NCBI GenBank assembly: GCA_964487445.1
Contig: CAZAQG010000005.1
Location: forward strand, 1-44,612
Direction of reading: 5' to 3'
DNA: 44,612 nt
Origin: an uncultured Chromatiales bacterium
GTDB lineage: Bacteria > Pseudomonadota > Gammaproteobacteria > 21-64-14
Shown: positions 9,150-19,349 of the stretch, one piece after another
How the letters are laid out: the number at the start of each line of letters is the position of its first letter
How positions within the stretch are numbered: position 1 is the first letter of the stretch
Program-made: the position numbers and the translations under genes
Notes under the pieces: model-generated
Databases searched by the model: none
What the model was told of the DNA's origin: nothing
What the model saw: the letters and a program-made list of their open reading frames with translations, nothing else

Positions 9150-9188
9150 AAGTTGTATATTGTTTACTCTTTAATGGGCGGCTGTCAA
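9150..9188 (-). promoter_or_regulatory. Promoter of the DUF2249 gene with a candidate NsrR operator
   Basis: Minus-strand TTGACA at 9188-9183. AAGTTGTATAT-T-GTTTACTCTTT (9150-9172) partly matches the NsrR 11-1-11 box (one good half-site) and overlaps the -10 region. Confidence 0.45.
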
Positions 9189-9356
9189 TTCGGAGATCGT
9201 CGACGACGAGGGTCAACGCGTCATCGAAGATCATGTTCTCCCTGGAGCCGCACCGGGGCATTCACAGGACGGTAGTCCGGGCCGCACCATCCTGAGTACA
9301 ATGGTCCGCGACTCGCCCGCACCGGGACCGACCCACGCCGGCACAAGGAACCTCCT

Positions 9357-10199
9357 ATGCCCCGCACCCGCACCGCTGCGCTCTCCGTACTTCTTTCGTC
9401 GCTGATCCTGACCGGAGTCCTGTGGTTCTCCCCGGCGAGCGCCGCGCCGACCCTGAAACAGACCCGCGAACACATCGCCCGCATCAGCCACGGGCGCGCC
9501 CGGGTCGAGAAGATCTTCCCGGGTCCGGCGGGACTGACCGGCGTGCTGCTCGAGGTCCAGAGCCGCAAGATGGTCGGCTGGCTCACGGCCGACGGTCAGT
9601 ACCTGCTGCTCGGCAACCTGATCGGCCCCGGCGGCACCAGCGAGACACGTGCGGCGATGGAACACCTGGGGCTGATTTCTAAACCGATGCCGGCCGCGAA
9701 GTTCGCGCTCAGCAGCGTGCGGGCCGAGGGTTTTACCGTGGGCCGGAAAGGACCGCTGCTCACCGCCTTCATCGATCCGAACTGCATCTACTGCCACAAG
9801 TTCTACGCCGAGGTCATGCCCCTGGTGAAGGCAGGCCGCGTGCGGGTGCGCTTCATCCCGGTGGCCTTCCTCAAATCCAGCAGCACCGGCAAATCCGCGG
9901 CCCTGCTGAGCGCGAAAGACCCGGCGGCCGCCCTGGCGAAGAACGAGAAGGGCTTCGATGTCGCCCGGGAAGAGGGCGGCATCCCCCCCGTGGCGAATCC
10001 GTCCGCGGCCGTCCAGGCCAAGGTGAAAGCCAACACCAAGCTGCTGGCGAAGACCGGCCAGGTCGCCACCCCCACCCTGCTCTACTGTGACCGCCGGGGG
10101 AAACCGGTGATCCTTCATGGCCTGCCCAAGGACGCCATAACCCGGATGATGAAGACCATCGGTCCGTTCCACGGCGGGCGCTGCACGCCCGCCGGCTGA
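9357..10199 (+). CDS. dsbG: Thiol:disulfide interchange protein, DsbG-like
   Basis: Signal peptide (..ASA-AP), dimerisation-domain motif TADGQYLLLGNL, FIDPNCIYCHKFY, and cis-Pro loop ATPT. Confidence 0.82.
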   Translation: MPRTRTAALSVLLSSLILTGVLWFSPASAAPTLKQTREHIARISHGRARVEKIFPGPAGLTGVLLEVQSRKMVGWLTADGQYLLLGNLIGPGGTSETRAAMEHLGLISKPMPAAKFALSSVRAEGFTVGRKGPLLTAFIDPNCIYCHKFYAEVMPLVKAGRVRVRFIPVAFLKSSSTGKSAALLSAKDPAAALAKNEKGFDVAREEGGIPPVANPSAAVQAKVKANTKLLAKTGQVATPTLLYCDRRGKPVILHGLPKDAITRMMKTIGPFHGGRCTPAG

Positions 10200-10253
10200 C
10201 ACCGCAGGAACGTTCCCGACCCGCCGATCCCCCCGTGGTCTGACCCCGTCCCC

Positions 10254-10282
10254 TTGACCACCCGTTAAACGAGTGTTTAATA
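10254..10282 (+). promoter_or_regulatory. Promoter with TetR-type operator for the ABC efflux operon
   Basis: TTGACC at 10254; palindrome TTAAAC-GAGT-GTTTAA (10265-10280) overlapping a TTTAAT -10 candidate. Confidence 0.55.
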
Positions 10283-10326
10283 GGGGCGCGGGTCGTATGC
10301 GGATCCGGATCCGGGAGAAGGGGGAA

Positions 10327-11016
10327 GTGAATCACGCCGTCAAACTAGCCGTGGGACGATCGGGCCGCGCCGAGGCCGCGGTGCGCAACGCCCTGCTGGA
10401 CAGTGCGCGGCGCCTGTTCGCCGCGCACGGCTACGCCGGCGCGTCGTTACGTCGCATCGCGCGCGAGGCGGGCGTCAATCCGGCGATGGTCCATTACTAT
10501 TTCGGGGACAAGCGCGGACTCTACCGGCATATCTTCGAGGAAACCGCCGCGCCCGTCCTCGCCCGGTTGCGGCGCCTCCTCGCCTCCGAGTCCACCGAAC
10601 GCGACCCGATCCGCGCCTTCGTCTCGACCCTCATGCGGACCCTCGCGGCGGCACCCTGGCTGGCCGCGCTCATCACCCGGGACGTACTCGCACCCGCGGG
10701 GGAGTACCGCGAGGAGTTCGTGCGCACCTGTGCCGTCCCCGGCGGTTCCGGATTGACTGAACTGCTCACCCGCGAGATCTCCGCCGGGCGGCTGCGCGCC
10801 GACCTCGACCCGGAACTCGCGGCGCTCTCCCTGATGAGTCTCGCCCTGCATCCGTTCCTCGCCCTGCCCGTCGCGCAACGCGTGTTCGACGTCCCGGCGG
10901 AGCCGGAGCGGGTTGCGCGCCTCGTGGACCACACCGTACGGCTGTTCCATTCCGGGGCCGGCGCCACGGCCTGCACCACCTCATCCGCCACCATCAGAGA
11001 GGGAGCCGCACCGTGA
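10327..11016 (+). CDS. TetR/AcrR regulator (CecR/YbiH-like) heading the ABC efflux operon
   Basis: LLDSARRLFAAHGYAGASLRRIAREAGVNPAMVHYYFGDKRGLY HTH; the GTG start is inferred. Confidence 0.88.
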   Translation: MNHAVKLAVGRSGRAEAAVRNALLDSARRLFAAHGYAGASLRRIAREAGVNPAMVHYYFGDKRGLYRHIFEETAAPVLARLRRLLASESTERDPIRAFVSTLMRTLAAAPWLAALITRDVLAPAGEYREEFVRTCAVPGGSGLTELLTREISAGRLRADLDPELAALSLMSLALHPFLALPVAQRVFDVPAEPERVARLVDHTVRLFHSGAGATACTTSSATIREGAAP

Positions 11017-12053
11017 AACACAAGGCCCGTATCCTGCCGCCCATCCTGCTCGCACTCGCCGTCGCGGGCGGCGGTGCCTGGTGGTGGCGCACGGATCATG
11101 CCGGCACCTCCGCCGACCGGCTGACCCTATACGGAAACGTGGACATCCGCCAAGTCGAAGTCGCCTTCAACGACAGCGAACGCATCGTCGCCATGGAGGC
11201 GCACGAGGGCGACCACGTCCGGACCGGCCAGTTGCTGGCGCGTCTCGATACCCGGCGGTTCAAGGCGGCGGCGGACGAGGCGCGCGCCCGGGTGGCGGCG
11301 CAACGCCAGGTGGTGGCACGGCTGCTGGCCGGAAGCCGCCCGGAGGAGATCCGCAAGGCGCGCGCCGACGTGGTCGCCGCCGGGGCCGAGGCCCACAACG
11401 CGACGCTCGACGAGCGGCGCCAGCGCGACCTCGCGCGTCGCAAACTCGTACCGCAGGCAGCCGCCGATGCCGCCACGGCGGTCGCCGTGGCGGCGCGCGC
11501 GCGGCTCGAGGCCGCCGGAGAGACCCTGAAGCTGGCGCTCGCCGGCCCGCGCAAGGAGGACATCGCCGCCGCGAAGGCGATACTGCGGGCGAACCAAGCG
11601 GCCCTGGCGTTGGCCAAACGGCGACTCGCCGACGCCCGACTCTACGCCCCCGCCGACGGGATCATCCAGAACCGCATCCTCGAACCCGGCGACATGGCCT
11701 CGCCACAGCGTCCTGCGTACACCCTGGCACTCATCAATCCGGTGTGGGTGCGCAGCTATGTCCCGGAACCCGATCTCGGACGGATCCGCGAAGGCATGCG
11801 CGCGTGGATCACCACCGACAGCTATCCCGGCAAGCGCTACGCCGGCTGGGTCGGCTATATCTCACCCACCGCGGAGTTCACCCCCAAGTCGGTGGAGACC
11901 TCGCAGGTGCGCACGCGCCTCGTCTACCAAGTGCGCGTCTATGCCTGCAACCCGCAAGGCGAGTTGCGCCTGGGCATGCCGGCCACGGTCGAGATCCCCC
12001 TGAATGCGCCGGAGGGCACCGCCGGGCGCCCGGCGGACTGCGCGGGCCCGTGA
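11013..12053 (+). CDS. ybhG: HlyD family membrane fusion protein (YbhG-like)
   Basis: LYGNVDIRQV, ISPTAEFTPKSVET, LRLGMPATV; N-terminal membrane anchor. Confidence 0.88.
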   Translation: MKHKARILPPILLALAVAGGGAWWWRTDHAGTSADRLTLYGNVDIRQVEVAFNDSERIVAMEAHEGDHVRTGQLLARLDTRRFKAAADEARARVAAQRQVVARLLAGSRPEEIRKARADVVAAGAEAHNATLDERRQRDLARRKLVPQAAADAATAVAVAARARLEAAGETLKLALAGPRKEDIAAAKAILRANQAALALAKRRLADARLYAPADGIIQNRILEPGDMASPQRPAYTLALINPVWVRSYVPEPDLGRIREGMRAWITTDSYPGKRYAGWVGYISPTAEFTPKSVETSQVRTRLVYQVRVYACNPQGELRLGMPATVEIPLNAPEGTAGRPADCAGP

Positions 12054-13846
12054 CCGGGAACCCGGCACCCGCGTCGGGGCCGATCGCCGGGTCCGATATC
12101 GTGCTCACCTTCCGCGGTGTGGACAAGGCCTTCCGCACCGGCGGGCGCACCGTACAGGCGCTACGCGGTGTGAACCTCGAGGCGCGCAGTGGACAGGTCA
12201 CGGGGCTGGTCGGACCGGACGGAGCCGGCAAGACCACCCTCATGCGCATCAGCGCGGGCCTGCTGGTGCCCGATGCCGGCGCGGTCACGGCGCTCGGTCT
12301 GGACGCCGCACACGACTCGCTCGCGGTGCAGGCGGCACTGGGCTACATGCCGCAACGTTTCGGTCTCTACGAAGATCTCACCGTGCAGGAGAACCTCGAC
12401 CTGTATGCGCGGCTGCAGGGGACGCCCAAGAAAGAGCGCGCGGCACGCTACGAAGAACTCATGCGCATGACCGGGCTCGGGCCGTTCACCGCCCGGCTCG
12501 CCGGCCATCTCTCGGGGGGCATGAAGCAGAAGCTCGGCCTCGCCTGCACGCTGATACGCCCGCCGCGACTGTTGCTGCTCGACGAGCCCACGGTCGGCGT
12601 GGACCCGCTCTCGCGCCGCGAACTGTGGACCATCGTCTACCGACTGGTGCGCGAGCAGGGGATGAGTGTGCTCCTGAGCACCGCCTATCTGGACGAGGCC
12701 GAGCGCTGCGACGAGGTGATCCTGATCCACGAAGGGGAAGTGCTCGGCCACGGCCCCCCGCAGCGGTTCACGGCACCGCTGACCGGACGCACCTACGCGG
12801 TGAGCGTTCCGAAATCGCTGAAGAAACGCACCGTCCACGAGCGACTCGCCGACGCCCCGGGCGTGGTCGACGCGGTCATTCAGGGTGACCACGTCCGCCT
12901 GGTGATGGCCGCGCACACCACGCCCGACCTGCAACGGCTGCTGCCGGGCGTTCGGGGCGCCTCCATCGAGTCGGTCGCGCCGCGCTTCGAGGACAGCTTC
13001 ATCGCCACCTTGCGCAGCGGCGCGGACGCAGAAGGCGCCGGCGCGGCCCCGGCCGACGCGGCCCCCGCCCCCGGCGCCGACCATGAAACGGTAATCGAGG
13101 TGCGCGACCTGCAGCGCCGCTTCGGGGACTTCTATGCAGTGCGCAGCCTCACCTTCGAGGTGCACCGCGGCGAGGTCTTCGGTCTGCTCGGGGCCAACGG
13201 CGCCGGCAAATCGACCACCTTCCGCATGCTCTGCGGCCTATTGCCCCCGAGCGGGGGCGAACTGCGCGTGGCCGGCGCCGATCTGCGCACCGCCGCCGCC
13301 GATGCGCGCGCGCGCATCGGCTACATGTCGCAGAAGTTCTCGCTCTATGGAAACCTGAGCGTGCGCGAGAATCTCGAGTTCTTCGCAGGCGCCTACGGCC
13401 TCGGTAGGCGACGCCGGCGCGAGCGCATCGCCTGGGCGCTCTCCGAGTTCGACCTCGCACCGGTGCGCGAGGCCGCAGGCAGCGAGCTGCCGCTGGGGTT
13501 CCAGCAGCGCTTGGCGCTCGCCTGCGCGCTCATGCACGAACCGCAGATCCTGTTCCTCGACGAACCCACCTCCGGGATCGACCCCGTCGCGCGGCGCGGC
13601 TTCTGGCGGCGCATCAACGCGCTCGCCGAGCGGGGCGTCACGGTGCTCGTGACCACCCACTCCATGGAGGAGGCCGAGTACTGCGACCGGCTCATGCTCA
13701 TCGCCGCCGGCGAGATCCTGGCCCTCGGTACCGCGAACGAAATCAAGGCGCGCGCACGCGCCCCGGGGCGTACCCACCCGACCATGGAGGACGCCTTCAT
13801 CGCGCTGATCGAGGAACACGAGCGACGGCGGGGGGCGGCGGCGTGA
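12050..13846 (+). CDS. ybhF: ABC transporter ATP-binding protein with two NBDs (YbhF-like)
   Basis: GPDGAGKTT/LSGGMKQK/LLLDEPT and GANGAGKST/LPLGFQQR/LFLDEPT; GTG start overlaps the upstream stop. Confidence 0.92.
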   Translation: MTGNPAPASGPIAGSDIVLTFRGVDKAFRTGGRTVQALRGVNLEARSGQVTGLVGPDGAGKTTLMRISAGLLVPDAGAVTALGLDAAHDSLAVQAALGYMPQRFGLYEDLTVQENLDLYARLQGTPKKERAARYEELMRMTGLGPFTARLAGHLSGGMKQKLGLACTLIRPPRLLLLDEPTVGVDPLSRRELWTIVYRLVREQGMSVLLSTAYLDEAERCDEVILIHEGEVLGHGPPQRFTAPLTGRTYAVSVPKSLKKRTVHERLADAPGVVDAVIQGDHVRLVMAAHTTPDLQRLLPGVRGASIESVAPRFEDSFIATLRSGADAEGAGAAPADAAPAPGADHETVIEVRDLQRRFGDFYAVRSLTFEVHRGEVFGLLGANGAGKSTTFRMLCGLLPPSGGELRVAGADLRTAAADARARIGYMSQKFSLYGNLSVRENLEFFAGAYGLGRRRRRERIAWALSEFDLAPVREAAGSELPLGFQQRLALACALMHEPQILFLDEPTSGIDPVARRGFWRRINALAERGVTVLVTTHSMEEAEYCDRLMLIAAGEILALGTANEIKARARAPGRTHPTMEDAFIALIEEHERRRGAAA

Positions 13847-14988
13847 ACGCGCCGGCGCCCATGCGACGCGGCGGCGGCGTCATGCGCCTCGAAGGACTCA
13901 TACGCAAGGAGTTTCTTCAGATCCTGCGCGATCCGAGCAGTATCGCCATCGCCTTCCTGCTGCCGGTGGTGCTGCTGCTGATCTTCGGTTACGGCGTGTC
14001 CTTGGACGCCAAGCATGTACCCGTAGCGCTGGTGGTGGACCAACCGAGCGCCGACACCGCGAGCTTCACCGGCGCGTTCTATCACTCGCGCTATTTCGCT
14101 CCGCTGTCCCTGCCCGACATGGCGAAGGCCACCGAGGCGCTCATGCAGGGCCGGGTACAGGCGATCGTGCGCCTGCGCGCGAATTTCGCGCGGCGCCTGC
14201 ACGGGCCGCGCGGCGCGCCGATCCAGTTGATCGTCAACGGCGTCGACGCCAACAGCGCGCGGCTGATCCAGGGCTACGTGGAGGGGGTATGGATCGGCTG
14301 GCTGAGCCGGCGCGCGCACACCCGGGGCGTCGCGTTTCGCATCCCGGTACAGCTCGACCCGCGCGTGTGGTTCAACAGTGAGCTTCGCAGCCGCAACTAT
14401 CTCGTGCCGGGACTGATCGCGGTGATCATGACCCTGATCGGCGCGCTGCTCACCGCACTGGTGATGGCCCGGGAGTGGGAACGCGGCACCATGGAGGCGC
14501 TCATGGTCACGCCGGTGGCGATGCGCGAGGTGCTGCTCGGAAAGCTCATCCCCTATCTCATTCTCGGCATGGGCGGCATGGCGTTGTCGGTGGCCATGGC
14601 GGTATGGTTGTTCCACGTCCCGTTGCGCGGCTCGCTCGCGGTGCTGTTCCTCTGCGCGGCGCTGTTCCTGCTCGCCGCGCTCGGTATGGGGTTGTTGATC
14701 TCGATCATCGCCAAGAACCAATTCGTGGCCGGACAGACGGCGATCATCGCCACCTTCCTCCCGGCCTTCGTCCTCTCGGGCTTCGTGTTCGACATCGGCA
14801 GCATGCCGCAGGCGGTGCAGGGGATCACCTACCTCGTGGCGGCCCGTTACTTCGTCTTCATCCTGCAGACCGTATTCCTGGCCGGCGACCTGTGGCACAT
14901 CATCGTGCCCAATGCGCTGGCGCTCATCGCAATCGCGGCGATCTTCCTCGGGTTGGCACGGCACCGCGCCCGCAAACGGCTGGAGTGA
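13843..14988 (+). CDS. ybhS: ABC-2 permease (YbhS-like)
   Basis: KEFLQILRDPSS, WFNSEL.S.NYLVPG, AREWERGTMEAL. Confidence 0.9.
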   Translation: MNAPAPMRRGGGVMRLEGLIRKEFLQILRDPSSIAIAFLLPVVLLLIFGYGVSLDAKHVPVALVVDQPSADTASFTGAFYHSRYFAPLSLPDMAKATEALMQGRVQAIVRLRANFARRLHGPRGAPIQLIVNGVDANSARLIQGYVEGVWIGWLSRRAHTRGVAFRIPVQLDPRVWFNSELRSRNYLVPGLIAVIMTLIGALLTALVMAREWERGTMEALMVTPVAMREVLLGKLIPYLILGMGGMALSVAMAVWLFHVPLRGSLAVLFLCAALFLLAALGMGLLISIIAKNQFVAGQTAIIATFLPAFVLSGFVFDIGSMPQAVQGITYLVAARYFVFILQTVFLAGDLWHIIVPNALALIAIAAIFLGLARHRARKRLE

Positions 14989-15012
14989 GCGCACCGCGCA
15001 GAGGACATCCCG

Positions 15013-16122
15013 ATGTGGCAACGGATCATCGCCCTGGTCAAGAAGGAGTTCCTGACTCTGCTCAAGGACAAGCAGAGTCGCTTCGTACTGATCGGCCCGC
15101 CCATCATTCAGCTCCTGGTATTCGGCTATGCCGCCAGCTTCGACCTCAACCATGTCCCGTTCGCGGTCTACAACGAGGATCCGGGGTTGGCGGCGCGCGA
15201 ACTGGTGGCCGATTTCCGCGGCTCGCCCAACTTCCGCGAGGTCGCCCGAATCACCCGCGACGGGCAGATCGCACCGACCCTGGACGACCGGCGCGCGTTG
15301 CTGGTGATCCATATCGGGCCGCGCTTCAGCCGCGACCTGCAGACCGGGCGACCCGCCGACCTGCAGGTGCTCCTCGACGGGCGCAACTCCAACACCGCGC
15401 TCATCGCCCTCAACTACGTGCGCGACATCGTCATCCGCTTCAATGAACACTGGGCCGCCGGGCACGGCTTGGCCGCGCCGCCCGCACACCTCGCCGTGCG
15501 CGCCTGGTTCAATCCCAACCTCGAGAGCCGCTGGTTCATCGTGCCCGGGATCGTGGGGCTGCTCACCCTGGTGGTGACCATGATGGTCACCGTGATGTCG
15601 GTCGCCCGGGAACGGGAACAGGGCACCTTCGACCAGCTCCTGGTCACGCCGTTGCGCCCGATCGAAATCCTCCTCGGCAAGGCGCTGCCGGGGTTGCTGA
15701 TCGGCCTGGCCGAAGCCACGTTCATCATCGCACTGGCCGTGCTCTGGTTCCGGGTGCCGCTGCTCGGCAGCCTGGCGACCCTCTATACGGGCGTCGCCGT
15801 GTTCCTGCTATCGGCCATCGGTGTGGGCCTGATGATCTCCTCCCTGGCCGCCACCCAGCAACAGGGCATGGTGGGGGCGTTCCTGTTCCTGGTCCCGGCC
15901 ATTATCCTCTCGGGCTTCGCCACGCCCATCGCCAACATGCCGGAGATCGTACAGAAGCTCACCCTCATCAATCCGATGCGCTACCTGATGGTCGTACTGC
16001 GGGGGGTGTTTCTGGAGGGGACCCCGTTCTCCCTGCTGTTCGCCCAGCTCTGGCCCATGGCGTTGATCGGCGTCGTCTCGCTGGCCCTCGCCGGCTGGCT
16101 GTTCCGGCATCGCATGTATTGA
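15013..16122 (+). CDS. ybhR: ABC-2 permease (YbhR-like)
   Basis: WFNPNLESRWFIVPG, SVAREREQGTFDQLLVTP, LSGFATPIANMP. Confidence 0.9.
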   Translation: MWQRIIALVKKEFLTLLKDKQSRFVLIGPPIIQLLVFGYAASFDLNHVPFAVYNEDPGLAARELVADFRGSPNFREVARITRDGQIAPTLDDRRALLVIHIGPRFSRDLQTGRPADLQVLLDGRNSNTALIALNYVRDIVIRFNEHWAAGHGLAAPPAHLAVRAWFNPNLESRWFIVPGIVGLLTLVVTMMVTVMSVAREREQGTFDQLLVTPLRPIEILLGKALPGLLIGLAEATFIIALAVLWFRVPLLGSLATLYTGVAVFLLSAIGVGLMISSLAATQQQGMVGAFLFLVPAIILSGFATPIANMPEIVQKLTLINPMRYLMVVLRGVFLEGTPFSLLFAQLWPMALIGVVSLALAGWLFRHRMY

Positions 16123-16161
16123 CGCACGCCGGCACACCGGAACTTGATTTGTGCGCTATTC

Positions 16162-16190
16162 ATTCGTAGACTAATGATTCGTTACCTTAT
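16162..16190 (+). promoter_or_regulatory. Candidate tandem MarR/SlyA-type operator
   Basis: AT-rich tandem imperfect palindromes ATTCGTAGACTAAT-G-ATTCGTTACCTTAT just upstream of the MarR gene. Confidence 0.4.
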
Positions 16191-16205
16191 CGTTTAGGGG
16201 TTTCC

Positions 16206-16643
16206 ATGGCCGGTGCCTGTGTGCCGGAGAACTTCGGGGCGTTGCTCTGCGAGACGGCGCGCGCTTGGCGTCAACGCCTGGACCAGCGGCTCAAGCCGCT
16301 CGGGCTCAGCCAGGCACGCTGGCTGGTGCTGCTGAAGCTGGCACGCGACGGCGACGGCATGGTCCAGAAGAAACTGGCCGGGCGCGTCGGGATCGAAGGG
16401 GCGACGCTGGTCGGCCTGCTCGACCGCATGGCCCGCGACGGCTGGATCGTACGCCGCGACTCGGAGCACGACCGGCGCAGCAAGAACGTGTATCTGACCG
16501 CCCGGGCGCGCTCGGTGCTACCGCGCATCGAGGCGGTGGCCGCCGAGCTGCGCCGCGAACTGCTGGCGGGGATCCCGGCGCGCGACCTGGAGCGTTGCAC
16601 GCGGGTGCTGCTGCACATCAAGGAACGGGTCGAAGGCGTCTGA
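16206..16643 (+). CDS. MarR family regulator (SlyA-like)
   Basis: ARAWR..LDQRLKPLGLSQARWLVL, GIEGATLVGLLDRM, DRRSKNVYLT. Confidence 0.92.
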   Translation: MAGACVPENFGALLCETARAWRQRLDQRLKPLGLSQARWLVLLKLARDGDGMVQKKLAGRVGIEGATLVGLLDRMARDGWIVRRDSEHDRRSKNVYLTARARSVLPRIEAVAAELRRELLAGIPARDLERCTRVLLHIKERVEGV

Positions 16644-16688
16644 GCGGCCCGCGCGGGACCGCAACCCCGGTATCCAGGAGGTAGTTCG

Positions 16689-17699
16689 GTGCGCGTGATG
16701 ACATGGACCCTCGTCGCAGTGACGGGCCTCGCCGTCGCGGCCGGGGGCTACCTCTATTGGGAACACGTCAAACACTATCCGAGCACGGATGACGCGTTCG
16801 TCGACGCCCACGTCGTGCGCGTCGCCGCGCAGGTCTCCGATCGCGTGGACCGGGTGTTCGTGCACGACCAGCAGGACGTCGCCGCCGACGCGCCGCTGTT
16901 CTCGCTCGACCCGCGTCCGTTCGAACTCGCGGTGGACCGTGATCGTGCGGAACTCGGCATCGTACGCGAGACCCTGCGGGCGCAGGCGGCCGCGGTGCGC
17001 GCCGCCGGGGCCGCGGTGCGCGAACGCAAGGTACTGCTCGCCAACCTCCGCGATCGCGCGCGCAGGCTGCGCAGCCTGCTCAAGCGCCGTTACGCCTCGA
17101 TCCAGGAGGTCGAGGACGCCGACGCCGCCGTACGCGGCGCGCAGGCGCGGCTCGCCCTCGCCGGGTCGCGCCTGCACCAGGCACGCGCGACCCGGGGTGC
17201 GGGCGGGGAGCGCAATGCACGCCTGCGCGCGGCCGCCGCGGCGCTTGCGCAGGCCCGGGTCGAGTTGGGGTACACGCGCGTGACGGCCCCCTGCACCGGC
17301 AAGATCGCGGCGCTCTCGCTGCGCCCGGGCGACGTCGTCTCGCCCGGCATTCCGCTCTTCGCGCTGATCTGCAATCAGGAATGGTGGGTCAACGCGAACT
17401 ACAAGGAGACCAAGCTCGAGCGGATCCGGGCGGGACAGCCGGCGACGGTGCATGTGGACATGTACCCGGGCCACCCCTTCCACGGGCGCGTGGAACACAT
17501 CGGGGGCGCGAGCGGCGTGGCGTTCTCGCTGCTGCCGCCTCAGAACGCCACCGGCAACTGGGTCAAGGTCACCCAGCGCGTCCCGGTGCGCGTGCGCATC
17601 ACCGACCCCGACCCGCGCCTTCCCTTGCGGGTCGGCACCAGCGCCGAAGTCACCATCGATACCACCGTCTCCGCCCCACCGCGACCCCGTGCGCGCTGA
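16689..17699 (+). CDS. emrA: EmrA-like membrane fusion protein
   Basis: STDDAFV, ANYKET.L, FSLLPPQNATGNWVKVTQRVPVR. Confidence 0.9.
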   Translation: MRVMTWTLVAVTGLAVAAGGYLYWEHVKHYPSTDDAFVDAHVVRVAAQVSDRVDRVFVHDQQDVAADAPLFSLDPRPFELAVDRDRAELGIVRETLRAQAAAVRAAGAAVRERKVLLANLRDRARRLRSLLKRRYASIQEVEDADAAVRGAQARLALAGSRLHQARATRGAGGERNARLRAAAAALAQARVELGYTRVTAPCTGKIAALSLRPGDVVSPGIPLFALICNQEWWVNANYKETKLERIRAGQPATVHVDMYPGHPFHGRVEHIGGASGVAFSLLPPQNATGNWVKVTQRVPVRVRITDPDPRLPLRVGTSAEVTIDTTVSAPPRPRAR

Positions 17700-17732
17700 A
17701 TCGGGACCGGCACCCCCCAAAGCCGGCGGCGC

Positions 17733-19259
17733 ATGATGACCAGAGCGGGGTCGGAGCGGGCGCTGATCACCGTGGCGGTCATGTCCGCCACGGTGATGCA
17801 GGTGCTCGACACCACGATCGTCAACGTGGCGCTGCCCCACATGGAGGGTCAGCTCTCCGCCGCACCCGACCAGATCACCTGGGTGCTCACCAGCTACCTG
17901 GTGGCCTCCGGCATCTTCATGCCGCTCACCGGCTATTTCACCGACCGCCTGGGCCAGAAACGCTACCTGCTGCTGAGCGTCCTCGGCTTCGTGGTCGCCT
18001 CCGCCCTCAGCGGGCTGTCCACCAGTCTCACCGAGATCGTCGTGTTCCGCCTGCTGCAAGGCGTATTCGGCGCCTCGCTGGTGCCGCTCTCCCAGTCCAT
18101 CCTGGTCAACACCTACCCGCCCGAGGAACGCGGAAAGGCCATGGCGATCTGGGGCATCGGCGTGATGATCGGCCCGATTCTCGGGCCGACGCTCGGCGGT
18201 TACCTGACCCAGGTCCTGAGCTGGCGCTGGGCGTTCTATATCAACGTCCCGGTCGGGATCTTTTCGATGCTGGCCATCTGGCGCGCCGTGCCCGACACCG
18301 AGCGACGACCGCGGACCATGGACTGGTTCGGCCTGGTACTGCTCTCGTTCGCGGTCGGCGGACTGCAGTTCGTACTCGATCGCGGAAACCAGGACGACTG
18401 GTTCGATTCGCACACGATCCAGATCGCCGCGCTGCTCAGCGTGATCGGGTTCCTCGGCTTCGCCTGGCACGGACTGGTCCACCGGGAAAGGTCGCTGTTC
18501 GACCTGCACATCTTCCGGGATCGGAACTTCTCGACATCGAGCCTGCTCCTGGCGGTGTTCGGTCTGGGGCTCTACGGGATGCTGGTACTGCAACCCATGA
18601 TGCTCGAATCGCTGCTCGGCTACCCCACCTTCACCACGGGGCTGGTAATGGCCCCGCGGGGCATCGCGAGCATGCTCAGCATGTTCCTGGTGGGCGCTCT
18701 GATCAACCGGGTCGGAGCGCGCCCGCTCATCACCGTCGGAATCTTCTTGAGCATCATCGGTACCTTCGCGACGACGCACTACAACCTCTACATCAGCCCG
18801 TTCTGGGTCATCTGGCCGATCGTGGTGCAGGGTCTCGGGCTGGGAATGATCTTCGTGCCGTTGGCGGCGGTGGCGTTCACGACCCTGCGCACGGAGCAGT
18901 CTGCGGAGGCCGCCGGCATGTACAGCCTACTGCGCACCATCGGTTCATCGATCGGGATCTCCATCGTCACCACGGTGATGACCCGTCAGACCCAAGTGGT
19001 CTGGAACCAGTTGGGCGGACACATCCAACCGTTCAACCCGTCCCTGTATCTGTACCTGGACCGCCTGCACCTGGCCCCGACCGACCCGCACGCCGCCGCG
19101 GTGCTCGGCCTGGAACTCGGGCGCCAGGCCCGGATGGTCGCGTTCGCCGACGCCTTCACGTTGATTGCGTGGAGCTTCGTGGCCATGGTACCGATGGTCC
19201 TGCTGCTGCGCGGATCCGGCCGCAGGGCGCGGGCGACCGGGATACCCGCCCTCGAGTAG
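17733..19259 (+). CDS. emrB: DHA2 MFS efflux permease (EmrB-like)
   Basis: MQVLDTTIVNVALP, WVLTSYLVA, GPILGPTLGGY, WRWAFYINVPVG, LDRGNQDDWFDS. Confidence 0.92.
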   Translation: MMTRAGSERALITVAVMSATVMQVLDTTIVNVALPHMEGQLSAAPDQITWVLTSYLVASGIFMPLTGYFTDRLGQKRYLLLSVLGFVVASALSGLSTSLTEIVVFRLLQGVFGASLVPLSQSILVNTYPPEERGKAMAIWGIGVMIGPILGPTLGGYLTQVLSWRWAFYINVPVGIFSMLAIWRAVPDTERRPRTMDWFGLVLLSFAVGGLQFVLDRGNQDDWFDSHTIQIAALLSVIGFLGFAWHGLVHRERSLFDLHIFRDRNFSTSSLLLAVFGLGLYGMLVLQPMMLESLLGYPTFTTGLVMAPRGIASMLSMFLVGALINRVGARPLITVGIFLSIIGTFATTHYNLYISPFWVIWPIVVQGLGLGMIFVPLAAVAFTTLRTEQSAEAAGMYSLLRTIGSSIGISIVTTVMTRQTQVVWNQLGGHIQPFNPSLYLYLDRLHLAPTDPHAAAVLGLELGRQARMVAFADAFTLIAWSFVAMVPMVLLLRGSGRRARATGIPALE

Positions 19260-19349
19260 GCGCGCGGCCCCCGCCGGGCGTGGTCCGAGGCGATCGCCAA
19301 GCGTAAAATGCACCGCGCGGGCGCCCCGCCGAACATGGAGAATCCGAAG

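Noticed and set aside
13393-18779. Very long antisense ORFs (13393..15489, 16518..18779; similar ones at 29158..30945 and 1243..2640)
   Set aside because: Shadow frames of real high-GC genes; Arg/Ala/Gly-rich with no domain motifs.
10327-19259. Adjacent ABC and EmrAB efflux operons as a novel system
   Set aside because: Both match well-known architectures (cecR-ybhGFSR and MarR-EmrAB); the missing outer-membrane factor is commonly encoded elsewhere.
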